Source of the DNA: Hypanus sabinus
Taxonomy: Eukaryota
Length of the DNA: 64,000 nucleotides
Direction: 5' to 3'
Assembly: GCF_030144855.1 (NCBI RefSeq)
Contig: NC_082710.1
Span: 165,230,001 to 165,294,000 of the forward strand
Shown here: one piece after another, positions 61,535-64,000 of the stretch
Numbering within the stretch: the stretch's first letter is position 1
Layout: every line of letters begins with the position of its first letter
Notes under the pieces: generated by a model
Seen by the model: the letters and a program-made list of their open reading frames with translations, nothing else
The model's database searches: none
What the model was told of the DNA's origin: nothing
Translations under genes and position numbers: made by a program

Positions 61535-62288
61535 TAGAATGATTAGGAAAAGGGGAGGTGCAACGAGACCTGGGTGTCATTGTACACCAGTCATTGAAAG
61601 TGGGCATGCAGGTACAGCAGGCAGTGAAAAAGGCAAATGGTATGTTGGCATTCATAGTAAGAGGATTTGAGTACAGGAGCAGGGATGTTCTACTGCAGTT
61701 GTACAAGGCCTTGGAGAGACCACAGCTGGAGTACTGTGTACAGGTTTGGTCCCCTAATCTGAGGAAAGAAAATCTTGCCATAGAGAGAGTACAAAGAAGG
61801 TTCACCAGATTGATTCCTGGGATGGCAGGACTTTCATATGAAGAAAGACTGGATCGAATGGCCTTAAACTCACTGGAATTTAGAAGATTGAGGGGAGATT
61901 TTATTGAAACATATAAAATTCTAAAGGGATTGGACAGGCTAGATGCAGGAAGATTGTTCCCAATGTTGGGGAAGCCCAGAACGAGGAGTCACAGTTTGAG
62001 GATAAAGGGGAAGCCTTTTAAGACCGAGATGAGGAAAAACTCCTTCACTCAGAGAGTGGTGAATCTGTGGAATTCTCTGCCACAGGAAACAGTTGAGGCC
62101 GGTTCATTGGCTATATTTAAGAGGAAGTTAGGTATGGGCCTTGTGGCTAAAGGGATCAGGGGGTATGGAGAGAAAGCAGGTACAGGGTTCTGAGTTGGAT
62201 GATCAGCCATAATCATAATGAATGCTGGTGAAGCTTGAAGGGCCGAATGGCCTACTCCTGCACCTATTTTCTATGTTTCTATGTTTAA
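61535..62288 (+). mobile_element. 5'-truncated young CR1 nested in opposite orientation
   Basis: 211-aa ORF 61558..62193; TTTCTATGTTTCTATGTTT tail. Confidence 0.92.
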
Positions 62289-64000
62289 ACTGTTCTAAAA
62301 AGCCAACTCTTAGGCATTTAGCAGCTCACGCTCTTGACATCCATTACCAACCTGATTTTCTCAATCGACCTCCATGTTAAAATCTCCCATGACTGTCACA
62401 ACATTGCCCTTTTGACACGCCTTTTCTATTTCCTGTAGTAATCTATGGTCCACCTCCCAACCACCATTGGGAGGCCTGTATACAATTGCCATCATGGTCC
62501 TTTTACCCTTGCAGTTTCTTAACTCCAGCCACAAATATCCACCATCTTCCAATACTATATCACATCTTTTTAGTGATTTGATGCCATTCTTTACCAGTAG
62601 AGACACACCATCCCCTCTGCCTACCTTCCTGTCTCTCTGATACAACATGTAACCTTGGATATTCAGCTCTCAACTACAACCATCCTTTAGACATGATTCA
62701 TTGACAGCCACAACATCATACCTGGCAATCTGTAATAGTGTAACAAGATGATCCACCTTATTTCTTATACTCTGCGCATTGAGATACAACACCTTGAGTA
62801 CCGCATTTGCTATCCTTTCTGATTCTGTATTCCAAATAATTTGATACTCAGCCTGTTGGTTGCAAATAAGTCCCATCACCTACCCTTCCTGCCAGTCTGA
62901 CTGCACACTATCTTTACTTTTTTACCACCCATCCGATCCTGAGTCCCATCACTCTGGTTTCTACCCCCTGCCAAATTAGTTTAAACCCTCCCCAAAAGCT
63001 CTAACAAACCTGCCCACGAGAATATTGGTCCCCCTCAGGTTCAGGTGCAACCCGTCACTTTTGCACAGGTCATTCCTCCCCCAGAAGAGATCCCAATGAT
63101 CCCAGAACCAGAAGCCCTGCCCCCTGCTCCAGCTTCTCGACCGCACATTTATCTGACAAATCATTCTGTTTCTACCCTCACTGATGGGTGGCAGAGGCAG
63201 CAATCCAGAAATTATTACCCTCGATGTCCTGCTTCTCAGCTTTCTACCTATCTCTCTAAAATCTCTTTCAGGACCTCTTTGCTTTTCCTCCCTAAATCAT
63301 TTGTTCCAATATGTACCAAGGCATCTGGGTGCTCTCCCTCTCTCCCCAATATGATGTAGACACAATCCGAGATGTCCCTGTCCCTTGCACCTAGGAGGCA
63401 GGGTGTCCCGTTCACGTCCACAGCATCTCCTGTCTGTTCCCCTCACTACCTCTCCCTGTTGAATGGTGACACCACTGGTGCTAAACCATATTGGTCAATG
63501 CTGTTGCTTTGGATTAACCAACTGCGAGAGGGCAGGAGGTCTGCTGCTTGGGCAACAGCTTGCTCTCCATATTGTACTGCTTTGGCTTGCTATCGTATAG
63601 ACAGCAGGGACACAACATACATAGTCGACCCCGACCAACAGAGGCCGAAGAAGTCTTTACTAGCCAGTTCTACAGAAATTACCAACCATGAACATTTCTA
63701 GCCTCGGTTAATTATTAAAAATGCCCCATAAAGTTCGCCAGAGTAGCCAATCTGCAGCTTCAAATGTTGCTTGGCAATCGTTCCAGACTTGGTTCATCTG
63801 TCTGCTTGCCACAGGGTGATGGGAGCAGATGGCGTAGATAAAATCATGAGAGGAATCAGCAGAAATTTTGAAATACTGTAGGGAGGTAGCTTCAAGGTGG
63901 AGGGAGTTAGAAATTAAAGGAGTTGCATATAGCATGTTTTATTTTCTTGCAAAATGAATTATAGGTGCTCGGAAAATGCTGTCCGGGTAGGTAATGGAAG

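Larger units (their letters stand above)
59130..63350 (-). mobile_element. Long degenerate CR1 with nested SINE and nested CR1
   Basis: Minus fragments esterase DGLHLNLRGTNI, APE LYLNAQSIRNKVD/VMGDFN, RT C-terminus LVRTHLEYC. Confidence 0.88.

Noticed and set aside
63372-63935. ORFs at the right edge
   Set aside because: No recognisable domain; the minus frame faintly resembles a Rex LINE (DCQATFEAADW) but is too weak to annotate

Overview
Vertebrate genomic DNA, about three-quarters transposon-derived. The repeat families (CR1 with ATAACCATATAACAATTACAGC/TTCTATG tails, Rex/Babar, Penelope, HE1-like SINEs) suggest a cartilaginous fish, probably a ray; this is inference. One host gene can be fully spliced by hand on the minus strand: a CD2/SLAM-family Ig receptor (signal peptide 53637-53706, IgV 32274-32603, IgC2 29368-29655, TM 22783-22883; 262 aa; all introns phase 1). 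Its cytoplasmic tail is cut to WRRA by what looks like a single extra T. Its 21-kb first intron is a rearrangement hotspot. It holds a tandem duplication in which one copy carries a full-length L1 and the other a young class I (gamma-like, tRNA-Pro PBS) endogenous retrovirus. That provirus has been broken by an inversion plus deletion, so its two 429-bp LTRs now point in opposite directions yet still share a TATAA target duplication. Downstream of the gene is a young BEL/Pao LTR element with near-identical LTRs and one intact 1093-aa ORF from which RT, RNase H and most of integrase are deleted in frame. Coordinates and mismatch counts were read by eye, and no database searches were run.
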